A DNA stretch of 42,993 nucleotides from the NCBI GenBank assembly GCA_044225505.1, contig JBGAIN010000058.1, positions 1-42,993 of the forward strand. Direction: 5' to 3'. The DNA comes from Limisphaerales bacterium. Its GTDB lineage: Bacteria; Verrucomicrobiota; Verrucomicrobiia; Limisphaerales; SIBE01. Below, in pieces: positions 1 through 7,993 of this stretch; the stretch's first letter is position 1; every line of letters starts with the position of its first letter. Both the position numbers and the translations under genes were made by a program. The notes below the pieces were generated by a model, which saw only the letters and a list, made by a program, of their open reading frames with translations, was not told the origin of the DNA and made no database searches.

Positions 1-459
1 GTAACACCACTCGCCGTTCTTCGCCCCTGGTTCCGCGCATCCTTCTGCAATAAACCCGCCGCCAGAATCCCGACGGGTCACTCGCACCTCCACCACACAG
101 AAATCGTCCGTTGCTTGCACTCGAATGAACTCGCCTGGTTTCCCGGAATAACCGGTCAAGTCGATCGATTCCACGACCGGCGGACGCATGGCATCGCGAA
201 TAGCCAAGTTCCGCGGGTTTTGATGTCCCCGACAGACGGCTTTGTACGCGGCTTTGAGTTTGGGATCCTGCAGCGCGGTAGCGGCGTAGCGTTGCGCGGC
301 CAGGAATCGCTCCGAATTGGCAACCTGCCTGTCGGTCCGCTCGATCGGGCCTTGCGGCAAGGTCCGGGACAAGGCTTGTCCATCGGCTTCGTAGAAGACG
401 AGATCCCCAATGCGACCGCTGAAACTTTCGACGATCTTGTTGAACTTTACTTTTGGCAT
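1..459 (-). CDS. Hypothetical protein, truncated by the window edge; DUF6266-like N-terminus and probable beta-rich C-terminal domain
   Basis: Not in the ORF track. Manual translation from ATG 459 is open to position 1: MPKVKFNKIVESFSGRIGDLVFYEADGQALSR...NLAIRDAMRPPVVESIDLTGYSGKPGEFIRVQATDDFCVVEVRV...GEWCY. The family resemblance is from recall. Confidence 0.8.
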   Translation of the reverse strand, partial: MPKVKFNKIVESFSGRIGDLVFYEADGQALSRTLPQGPIERTDRQVANSERFLAAQRYAATALQDPKLKAAYKAVCRGHQNPRNLAIRDAMRPPVVESIDLTGYSGKPGEFIRVQATDDFCVVEVRVTRRDSGGGFIAEGCAEPGAKNGEWCY

Positions 460-490
460 AAACAAACCGCTCTGGTTATAAAGGAGAGTT

Positions 491-508
491 AAGCAAAGCT
501 CATGCCCA
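491..508 (-). promoter_or_regulatory. Putative sigma-54 (-24/-12) promoter for the 1..459 gene
   Basis: Minus strand reads TGGGCATGAGCTTTGCTT: GG(506-505)-N10-GC(494-493) with a TTGCT -12 box, about 35 nt upstream of the ATG. Confidence 0.6.
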
Positions 509-527
509 TTTTTGGGCTACACCGGGG

Positions 528-650
528 TTGATCATGCCTTGGTCAAGCTTTGTTCTGGCCTCGTTCAGCAGCAGCTGTAGCAAGGCTGGCCAAGGCTGAA
601 CGAAGCCTGAACAAAGCTCGGATCAGCCTCGGCTGAAGAGGGGCTGACAA
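528..650. repeat. Degenerate 10-11 bp phased repeat array forming an inverted repeat
   Basis: Left units: TTGATCATGCC, TTGGTCAAGCT, TTGTTCTGGCC, TCGTTCAGCAG (528-571). Opposite-orientation units: AGCTGTAGCAA, GGCTGGCCAA, GGCTGAACGA, AGCCTGAACAA, AGCTCGGATCA, GCCTCGGCTGA. Arms 546-569 and 595-618 are reverse complements at 22 of 24 positions. Confidence 0.75.
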
Positions 651-802
651 TCGCATCCACTGAGCGTTTATTGTTGGTGAAGCGGCATTGAAAGGAAGGA
701 GGTTCAGCGCGCCGTTTTGGCTCAACGTGCGTCCGTGTCGCGGTCCTCTGCGTCACTTCAGCACTGCGGCGCGCCGGATTCTTCGGGAGAGCAGCGAATG
801 GA

Positions 803-1201
803 TTATCGTTCCGGTTGGATGGGGTGGGTGTTACACCGCAGGTAATGAGCGAACTCCGCTTCCGACTGCTGGCCTTGCGCCAGTTCGAGCACGGTCTCAA
901 CCATCGCGAGTTCATTCCCCGAAAACACCAAGCCATTGGAGGCGAGGAAAGTCGCTGCGAGAATGAAGGCAAATCCGAGATTGCCGCTCGCGAACGGGCG
1001 GTTCCGAACCCATTCGACGGTGTAGCAGGCGGCGAGTTGAGGCAATCCTGTGACGCCGCTGGCGAAGCGTTTGCGAGGTTGGCTCAACGCGGCTTCGAGT
1101 TGTTCGGAATCACGCACCGCGGCGACCCCGCCGTAGCGCTGAACCATCATTTCAAACAACACCAGGCACTCTTCTCGGCGGATCCAAACAGGTTCTTTCA
1201 T
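803..1201 (-). CDS. Doc/Fic (death-on-curing) family protein with degenerate active site
   Basis: MKEPVWI...RYGGVAAVRD...LEAALSQP...LAACY...FLASNG follows the Doc layout. The Fic motif reads RPFASGNLG instead of HPFxDGNKR. It overlaps the antitoxin gene by ATGA. Confidence 0.85.
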   Translation of the reverse strand: MKEPVWIRREECLVLFEMMVQRYGGVAAVRDSEQLEAALSQPRKRFASGVTGLPQLAACYTVEWVRNRPFASGNLGFAFILAATFLASNGLVFSGNELAMVETVLELAQGQQSEAEFAHYLRCNTHPIQPER

Positions 1202-1437
1202 AAGGACCGGCGGATCAGTGCCCGAATCCCGTTTCCATACTTTCGGTTCAGCTCCTCGGCGGCCTGGACTTTGCCTTCGAATTCCGGATCGGCAGTGGTG
1301 ATGCGCAAACCGCCGTCCGCCACGAAAGAAACCAGGACCGGATCCCCTGCGCCGGCGCCGAGGTGATCGAGAGCTTCCTTGGGGAGGACGAGTCCGACGG
1401 AATTCCCGGTCCGACGGAGCTTAAGTTTGAACGTCAT
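1198..1437 (-). CDS. AbrB/MazE/SpoVT-family antitoxin (DNA-binding)
   Basis: N-terminal KLRRTGNSVGLVLPKEAL swapped-hairpin motif, 79 aa, directly upstream of the Doc-like gene. Confidence 0.9.
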   Translation of the reverse strand: MTFKLKLRRTGNSVGLVLPKEALDHLGAGAGDPVLVSFVADGGLRITTADPEFEGKVQAAEELNRKYGNGIRALIRRSL

Positions 1438-1646
1438 GAGGATGGCATGTAAGCACGGGCGTCATACAGGAGACGAGATTTTCCGTCTTTTCTTGTGCAA
1501 GCGACTGCAGATCAACAGCCGCTGGCAGTTGACAATTTGTTTGCGTTCTTGGCCGTAGCCGACGAAGTAATGAGGCGGATTTCTCCGTGAATCTGGGCCT
1601 TCATTTCCGCCTCCTGACCTCGGGCGGCTACTATCTCACCAGAGTC

Positions 1647-2078
1647 CTACGCGGCGGAGAGGGTGAGTTCGGCCTGCATGACCAATTGGCCATTGACGAA
1701 GGCGCGCGCTTCGGCTTGTGCCAGGTTCCCCAGACGTCGCAGTAAGTGCGCTTCCACTCGGATGGTTTCGCCGGGTTTGGCTGTTCCAAGGATTTTGACG
1801 GCGCGCAACGCGGTCAACCGGAGCGGGTCTGTCATTCGGCCTTCCGGGGCGCTCTGCACGACAACTCCGGCAAGCTGCGCGCCCGCCTCGACCAACAGCA
1901 CTCCTGGAAACAAGGGTTGGCCTGGGAAATGTCCACGCAAGAACGGTTCATCTCCGCGGACGGAATACTCCCCTAGGGCCGATTGGCCAGGGACAAGCTC
2001 GAGCAGCCGTTCGATAAAGCGGAACTCAGGTCCGTGCGGCAGCGCCTCGAGTGCGGAGTGCGAGGAGGTGGCGTTCAT
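1647..2078 (-). CDS. 3-hydroxyacyl-ACP dehydratase, FabZ-like hotdog fold
   Basis: LPHGPEFRFIERL and FLRGHFPGQPLFPGVLLVEAGAQ carry the catalytic His/Glu pattern. Confidence 0.9.
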   Translation of the reverse strand: MNATSSHSALEALPHGPEFRFIERLLELVPGQSALGEYSVRGDEPFLRGHFPGQPLFPGVLLVEAGAQLAGVVVQSAPEGRMTDPLRLTALRAVKILGTAKPGETIRVEAHLLRRLGNLAQAEARAFVNGQLVMQAELTLSAA

Positions 2079-2761
2079 CGGCCTTTGAGCGGATCGACAA
2101 TCTTAAAATCGGCGCCGAGTTCAGGTTGGAATACGTTCGGATCAATTTCCGGATTAAGCTTTGGATTTGTGAAGTCGTTGCGCAGGCTCGAACCGTCCGG
2201 GAATTCCAATTCCGTGGCTAATAGGCTGAGTTCCGGAGCTGACAACGTGAGGGTCATTCGAGGGATGAGCTTTCGTGCCTGGGCCGACGCGGGTTCCAGG
2301 CGCAGCTCTACCTCATCGCCATTTCGAGTCTCGCGAACGACCCGGAATTTGGCTTCGAGGTCCGCGCGGTTCTGGGGGAATCCCGCTTCGAGCAGGGCGA
2401 GAGCGCTGTTCCAAGGATCACTGTTCTTGGCCGTGGTGGGATAGCGTTCAGCGCGCTTCAACAACGGATAAATCACGGTGAGTTGATTCGTCTGCCGCAG
2501 GGCGATGGTTTGCGGTGGAATGCCCAATTCCCAGCGGAATTGATTGGGCGCCGCAAACCAAAGGTGGCCGCGGGTTTTAAGCGGCTGCGTCAGAGTCTTG
2601 AGTCGGCGCGTCTGCGTGAAATCAGCCGTCCAAGTGTGCGTGGTGGATTGTCGCTCCAACCAACGGTCGATGACACTGTCTCTAGCTGGGGGGGACGCGG
2701 ATTTTGGGGCGGCCGCTGTGATGCCCAGAACGAAAGCACAGATTAAGAGGCGCCTGGTCAC
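2075..2761 (-). CDS. LolA-like periplasmic lipid/lipoprotein carrier
   Basis: TWTADFTQTR...RGHLWFAAPNQFRWE LolA pattern. Likely start is GTG 2761, overlapping the upstream stop and giving a signal peptide (MTRRLLICAFVLGITAAA). Confidence 0.85.
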   Translation of the reverse strand: MTRRLLICAFVLGITAAAPKSASPPARDSVIDRWLERQSTTHTWTADFTQTRRLKTLTQPLKTRGHLWFAAPNQFRWELGIPPQTIALRQTNQLTVIYPLLKRAERYPTTAKNSDPWNSALALLEAGFPQNRADLEAKFRVVRETRNGDEVELRLEPASAQARKLIPRMTLTLSAPELSLLATELEFPDGSSLRNDFTNPKLNPEIDPNVFQPELGADFKIVDPLKGR

Positions 2762-5700
2762 AAGGGATAAGGGTGCGGACTGGCCTCGCTGTCGCGAGTT
2801 GCGTCCCGTTTCGGCCAGATAGGAATGAAGTGATACCACTGGGTAAGATACTGCTCGATGATAGGCTCGAACGCACGCATGATTTCCTGGGTCAACTGCA
2901 CGCGCCCCAACCGGTGACCCAATGTTTTGGGATCGTAGAAGATTTCCGGGAGAACTTCCGCTCGATATCCGTTTTCTCGTCGCGCGATGCAAACGGGGAG
3001 GATCGCGCAACCGGTAGCGCGGGCGAGCTCCGCGGCGGCCGTGGAAGCCACGAAAGGCTGGCCGAAAAGGCGAATCTCTGCCGTCGCAGAAGCGGTTGGC
3101 CGATCCACCAAAAGCGCGACGCACCCGCGCGCCTCCAGGCGCCGCATGACTTCGATGAAGCGGAATGGGTTATCGCCAATCACCAAAGTCTCCACCCCGC
3201 GATTTAAGCGCGAAGCGCGGCGCAGTTCAGTGAGGCCCGGATCGGGCTCGAGCAACGTGACGACGCTCAGCGAAAGGCCTCGGCTGGCCAAGAGCGGCGC
3301 GCCCAATTCCCAATTCCCGACGTGCGTGGTGACGAGCAACGTGCCGCGTCCGCGAGCTTGAGCCGCGGCGATCTGTTCCCAACCGCTGATGTCAGAAATC
3401 ATGCTTTCGACCGGTGCGCCCGTTTCGTAGAGCCACAAATCGTAGAGTTTGACGGCAAACTGGCGGAATAACAATCGGCTCAGGATCACGGCGTCCGTTT
3501 TCGATTTGGCAAGGACCGGCTGCAAGTTCTGGATGACCGTTTGGCGGCGTTGCTGGTTGCAGCGCCAATAAGTATCGGCCGCCGCTTCGGCGATGCGTCG
3601 TCCGAGACGAACTGGGATTCGCCGGACGAGCCACAGGCCCGCTCGCCAAAGATCGGCGCGATACAGAAACGAGGGTCGCGCGGCAGAAGACGGTGCTGAC
3701 GGTGCGTCGGCCGGCCGAGGGGTCGATGGGGGTGGCGTTGCCGTCGCGCCGCCTTCGTCTCGGTCTCCATTGCCATTCACCACGATCAACCACCAGACGG
3801 GCAACAGGGCGGTGGAGGTCAGAAAGGTGCAGGCGATGCCTGTGGCGCAAACCGCACCAAGACTTGCCAGTCCCGCGTTGTTTGACCAAGCCAGCGAGCC
3901 GAAACCGACGGTGGTGGTGGCAGCGCAAAGGAACAAAGCGCGCCCGACGATGTGGCGGACCGTGGCGATATCCCCTTGGTAACGCCGCAACGCCAGTTGC
4001 ATATGGATGCTGTAATCGACTCCCGAGCCGATCAGGAGTGGGATCGCCATGAGATTCAGCAAATTCCACGACCAACCAAAGACGGCCATGGATGCGAGCA
4101 GGCAAAGGCCGCTCAGGCTTAGAGTGCCGAAGCTCAAGGCCATCTCTTTTAAGTTCCGGAACGCGATCCATAGGGAAACCGCCACGAGGCTGAGAATGGA
4201 AAGGAGCACTTTCCAAAGGTCCCGCTCGACGACCTGCAGAATGGAGCTGCCGAGCAGCTCCCAACCTGCCAGCCAGACCCCGTCCTTCGGCAGAGACGCC
4301 ATCCAAGACTGGCTGTCAGCACGCAATCCGCCGCCGAGCGCGGCGGCGATGGGTTCGGCGGGATAGATTAACCCCAGGACAAGGTGTTGCTGGCCGTCGC
4401 GCGCGGTGAACTTCGAAAATAGCCAGCTGCTGACGGAGTTGCTGGGCCAGTAAACCCCCGGCTGGGCCGCGATTGCTTCCCACCCGTCGAGAATGGCGTC
4501 GGTGGCCCCGAGGGACTCGGCGGTAAACCCGTTCGCTTCGGCCACCTCGTGCAGCTCACGGCGCGCACGGATCAAGGTTTGGGCAGTGGCTCGGTTTTCG
4601 GATTGATTCGCCGGGCGCGGCCAGAAATCGCCGGGTAACGTAAAGTCTTCGATCTGATGTGCTGTTTTCGCGGACTCCAGGACCGGAAGGATCGCGTCGA
4701 GTTTTCTGCCCACGGTCTCTTCGTCTGAGCCAGTCACGACGAGCCAGAGCGGATCTTTTTCCCGGCGCATCTCGGTGCGAATCTCTGCCAGCGTGGCGTA
4801 GGCGCTGCTTTGTTTGGGGCGCAATGGGTCAGGGCTATGGTTGAGAACCGGAGGCCGAAACCAAAGGATTAAGGAGCTGGCGATGACGACGAGCACTGTC
4901 ACGGCCGAGGCTGCTGCAGGGGATAACGCGGCCCGGGCGCGCGGTTTCGGTAAAGCGGGCGTGCCAGGCCGGGACTGATGGGACCGACGCGAGAGCAGAG
5001 GAGGCAGGAATGCGTAAAGCATGACGAATGCGGCCAGGCAGACGCCAATCCCAACGAGGGATCCGAGTTGGCCGAGGCCTGGTAATCCGCCCAGGTTCAA
5101 TAGAAAGAACGCCCCGGCGGTGGTGACGGCGGACCAAATAATACCCGAAGCGGATCGCTTCCGGATCTGGGCGGCGGAGAGTTCGGGCTCAGCCCGGTGT
5201 TCCTGATAGAGCACCAATCCGTAATCGACCGCCAACCCGAGGAGAATGGCAGCGAAGCCGATGCTTACGACATTGAGGGTGCCCATGAACAAGCCCCCTA
5301 CCGCGAGAGTTCCGATCAAGAGCAAGATCAGCAGCGCCACGATCCAGAGCAGGGGACGCCACGAGCGATGCGCCCACCAGAAGAGCGCCGCGACAATCAG
5401 AAGGGTGCTCCCAACCGAGTTGTGAATGTCGCGTTCCATGCCTCCGGCAATTTCCGCGACGAAGGCAGGTCGGCCGGTGAAGTGAATCTCTGTCTCTTTG
5501 GCGAAAGGATCGCCCTGCCGATTTGCGTCCACAACTCCGTGGATGGCTTTCAGCCATTGCTGGCAAGCACGATAGCTCAGGAGATCTTCCGCCGCGCGGA
5601 CAAACACCAAACGGAATGTGCCAGACGGGGATGCAAAAGGATCTTGAGCCTGGCCTCCCCAGGGGTCTGCGCGGGTTGCGGAAGGGACATCCAAGAGGTT

Positions 5701-6177
5701 GTAAGGATCGCGGCTCAGTCGCGCGATTTCCTGAGGGGAAAGGGAGGTCGTCAGCTTCTGGCGAGTCTCCAAAAGTGTGGCGGTGAGGTTCGTCTTGGCC
5801 AATCGATTGGTCAGCTGTCCGAACAGGCTGGGCGGTTGGTTGGCCCAGAGATAGCCGACCAATTCGGCGGCCTGGCGCGGATGCTCCAGCCAGGGCTGAC
5901 GCCAGGTAACGTCCGAGACCAGGTCTTTGTGACGGCGCAGGGCTTCGGCGATACGTTGGGCCTGAGATTCGGCCACCTCCAGGCTGTTCGCCCGCACGGT
6001 CAAGATCAGCTCGCGCGCATTGGAGAAGTTGCCCTGGTAAAGTTTCAGGCCAATGACGGCCGGCGCTTCGGCAGGCAAGAGATTCAAAATCTCAATGTCG
6101 AACCGGACGCGGGAAAGGCCGAGGATCAAGCAAGCCGCCAGGGCTATCCAGCCGACTCGCTGCCAGGATCGCATCAT
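2758..6177 (-). CDS. MMPL/RND-family exporter fused to a C-terminal LpxL/HtrB-type acyltransferase
   Basis: Two MMPL repeats with GLAVDY and GSGVDY motifs, a Pro/Ala/Ser-rich linker, then an acyltransferase domain with LLVTTHVGNWE, ALLVDR and QWYHF. Confidence 0.9.
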   Translation of the reverse strand: MMRSWQRVGWIALAACLILGLSRVRFDIEILNLLPAEAPAVIGLKLYQGNFSNARELILTVRANSLEVAESQAQRIAEALRRHKDLVSDVTWRQPWLEHPRQAAELVGYLWANQPPSLFGQLTNRLAKTNLTATLLETRQKLTTSLSPQEIARLSRDPYNLLDVPSATRADPWGGQAQDPFASPSGTFRLVFVRAAEDLLSYRACQQWLKAIHGVVDANRQGDPFAKETEIHFTGRPAFVAEIAGGMERDIHNSVGSTLLIVAALFWWAHRSWRPLLWIVALLILLLIGTLAVGGLFMGTLNVVSIGFAAILLGLAVDYGLVLYQEHRAEPELSAAQIRKRSASGIIWSAVTTAGAFFLLNLGGLPGLGQLGSLVGIGVCLAAFVMLYAFLPPLLSRRSHQSRPGTPALPKPRARAALSPAAASAVTVLVVIASSLILWFRPPVLNHSPDPLRPKQSSAYATLAEIRTEMRREKDPLWLVVTGSDEETVGRKLDAILPVLESAKTAHQIEDFTLPGDFWPRPANQSENRATAQTLIRARRELHEVAEANGFTAESLGATDAILDGWEAIAAQPGVYWPSNSVSSWLFSKFTARDGQQHLVLGLIYPAEPIAAALGGGLRADSQSWMASLPKDGVWLAGWELLGSSILQVVERDLWKVLLSILSLVAVSLWIAFRNLKEMALSFGTLSLSGLCLLASMAVFGWSWNLLNLMAIPLLIGSGVDYSIHMQLALRRYQGDIATVRHIVGRALFLCAATTTVGFGSLAWSNNAGLASLGAVCATGIACTFLTSTALLPVWWLIVVNGNGDRDEGGATATPPPSTPRPADAPSAPSSAARPSFLYRADLWRAGLWLVRRIPVRLGRRIAEAAADTYWRCNQQRRQTVIQNLQPVLAKSKTDAVILSRLLFRQFAVKLYDLWLYETGAPVESMISDISGWEQIAAAQARGRGTLLVTTHVGNWELGAPLLASRGLSLSVVTLLEPDPGLTELRRASRLNRGVETLVIGDNPFRFIEVMRRLEARGCVALLVDRPTASATAEIRLFGQPFVASTAAAELARATGCAILPVCIARRENGYRAEVLPEIFYDPKTLGHRLGRVQLTQEIMRAFEPIIEQYLTQWYHFIPIWPKRDATRDSEASPHPYPL

Positions 6178-6244
6178 TGGGGTCCTGGGGATGGCCGTTG
6201 GGAAGGTGAACCTGTCCCGAGTGACCAGGAGTTAAGAGGGCGGT

Positions 6245-6760
6245 TCACGGTTGAAGGTAACCCTCCAGCCATTCCTGCGTGCGCGGATTCTCGATCCGCC
6301 ACCCTTGCGGAGTGGGCTGGTAGATCCAAGGCTTGGGAGGCGATCTGCCATCTAAGGTTGGCTGGAGAATGAACCATAGAATGGCTGAGGGAGGCTGGCC
6401 ACGGCCCGAGTAGTGAGGCTTTTGCGCGGCAAACTCGATCTGCCAGCTCTCGGGCGTGCTGTTGGCGGTGACCAAGGGAAATGGTGTCTTGGAAAACTGG
6501 AGAAACATCTCATCCTGGCCTCGCACCGCCAGCAGAAGTTCGCCAGCGAGTTCCGGGCGGGCGCCCGCGGGTTTCCACACCGCCTGGCCTTGGCGGATGG
6601 CCCATCCAGGTTCGGCGAGGTTCGGCGCACGCGGGGACGGAGTTGAGCAGCCGAGCAGTGCGATCGTCAAGCTCGACAGCAGCCAAAAAGAAGGTCGGAG
6701 CACGGCTTTGGGAAGGGTGAACTCCACAATTTTTGAACAAAATTGGCGGTAATGCGTCAT
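6245..6760 (-). CDS. Lipoprotein of unknown function heading the lipid export cluster
   Basis: Lipobox IALLG-C, beta-rich mature part, co-oriented with the MMPL gene. The exact start is uncertain. Confidence 0.75.
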   Translation of the reverse strand: MTHYRQFCSKIVEFTLPKAVLRPSFWLLSSLTIALLGCSTPSPRAPNLAEPGWAIRQGQAVWKPAGARPELAGELLLAVRGQDEMFLQFSKTPFPLVTANSTPESWQIEFAAQKPHYSGRGQPPSAILWFILQPTLDGRSPPKPWIYQPTPQGWRIENPRTQEWLEGYLQP

Positions 6761-7027
6761 TGGACCTGTCGGGTGTCACCTGGCAGGCTGTCGGTGAAAT
6801 TATGGATAGAAGGTTGCGTAGACAATAGTGATATTATACAGTCTGCTCTCCGCAGTTTGGGGTGGCAAAAAGTCACAAAACTTGAACATTTTGGCGGTAG
6901 TTTGTCAAAATAGGGTGCTCTTGACAAAATTGAGGCGTTCCATTTAAGCAATTAGCCTGATGGATAGAAACCAGTATTGCGAGGACCGAGCTTCGGCTCG
7001 GCCCGAGCGGACACCGAAAGTTACGGC

Positions 7028-7993
7028 ATGATCAAAGTTCAGAATTTGACCAAAGCGTTTGGTCCGAAGTTGGCCGTTAATAACATCTCGTTTTCGGTCG
7101 AACGAGGTGAGGTTCTGGGATTTCTCGGACCGAACGGCGCGGGTAAATCGACCTCCATGCGGATGATCACCGGGTTCATTCCTCCCACCGCAGGGACGAT
7201 TAGCGTGGGGGGGGCGGACATCGTCGATAAACCCATCGAAGCGAAACGATTCATCGGCTATCTGCCCGAGAACGCTCCCGCGTATTCGGACATGACCGTT
7301 TATGGATTCCTGAGTTTCGCCGCGGAACTGCGGGGTTTGGCCGGGGATGCGAAAAAAAGGGCCGTGCATAAGGCCGTGGAGACGTGCTTCTTGCAATCGG
7401 TCTTGCATCAGAGCATCGACACACTTTCCAAAGGATTTCGCCACCGGACCTGCTTCGCCCAATCGATTATCCATGATCCCGAAGTGCTCATCCTGGACGA
7501 ACCGACCGACGGTCTCGATCCCAATCAGAAGCACGAAGTGCGAGGACTGATCAAGCGGATGGGAGAGCGCAAAGCGATTGTCTTCTCGACGCACATTCTT
7601 GAGGAGGTCGAAGCGGCCTGTACCCGGGCCATCATCATTGACCGGGGCCAGATTGTGGCCAACGGAACACCAGGCGATCTCAAACAGCGGTCGGATGTGG
7701 CCGGGGCGGTCCAATTGCGCGTGTTGGGGGTCCCAACCGTGACCGTCACCCAGCGGTTGGCCCTATTGCCGACGGTCCGCAAGAGCACCGTTCTGCGTGA
7801 GGACGCGGGAACGAGTGCGATCCGGATTTTCCCGCAGCCGAACTGCCGCAACGGCGAGTTGGCCCGAAGCGTTTCGGAAGTCATTCTCAAAGAAGCTTGG
7901 AAGATCGAAGAGTTGCACACGGAAGAGGGTCGCTTGGACGAGGTCTTCCGCAGTATCACGCTTTCGGACACTATTTTGGAGGAACGGAAATGA
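7028..7993 (+). CDS. ABC transporter ATP-binding protein (GldA-like)
   Basis: Walker A GPNGAGKS, signature LSKGFRHR, Walker B LILDEPT, H-loop STHIL. ATG at 7028. Confidence 0.95.
   Translation: MIKVQNLTKAFGPKLAVNNISFSVERGEVLGFLGPNGAGKSTSMRMITGFIPPTAGTISVGGADIVDKPIEAKRFIGYLPENAPAYSDMTVYGFLSFAAELRGLAGDAKKRAVHKAVETCFLQSVLHQSIDTLSKGFRHRTCFAQSIIHDPEVLILDEPTDGLDPNQKHEVRGLIKRMGERKAIVFSTHILEEVEAACTRAIIIDRGQIVANGTPGDLKQRSDVAGAVQLRVLGVPTVTVTQRLALLPTVRKSTVLREDAGTSAIRIFPQPNCRNGELARSVSEVILKEAWKIEELHTEEGRLDEVFRSITLSDTILEERK

Noticed and set aside
115..972. ORF-track calls 115..492(+), 156..410(-), 543..725(-), 565..972(-), 688..966(+)
   Set aside because: No recognisable motifs. They overlap the better 1..459 gene, the repeat array or the Doc gene.
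2762..3124. N-terminal extension of the LolA-like ORF
   Set aside because: It overlaps the acyltransferase domain by over 360 bp. GTG 2761 gives a signal peptide and a coupled start.
5197..6372. 391-aa plus-strand ORF
   Set aside because: Antisense shadow of the MMPL and lipoprotein genes, typical of GC-rich DNA.
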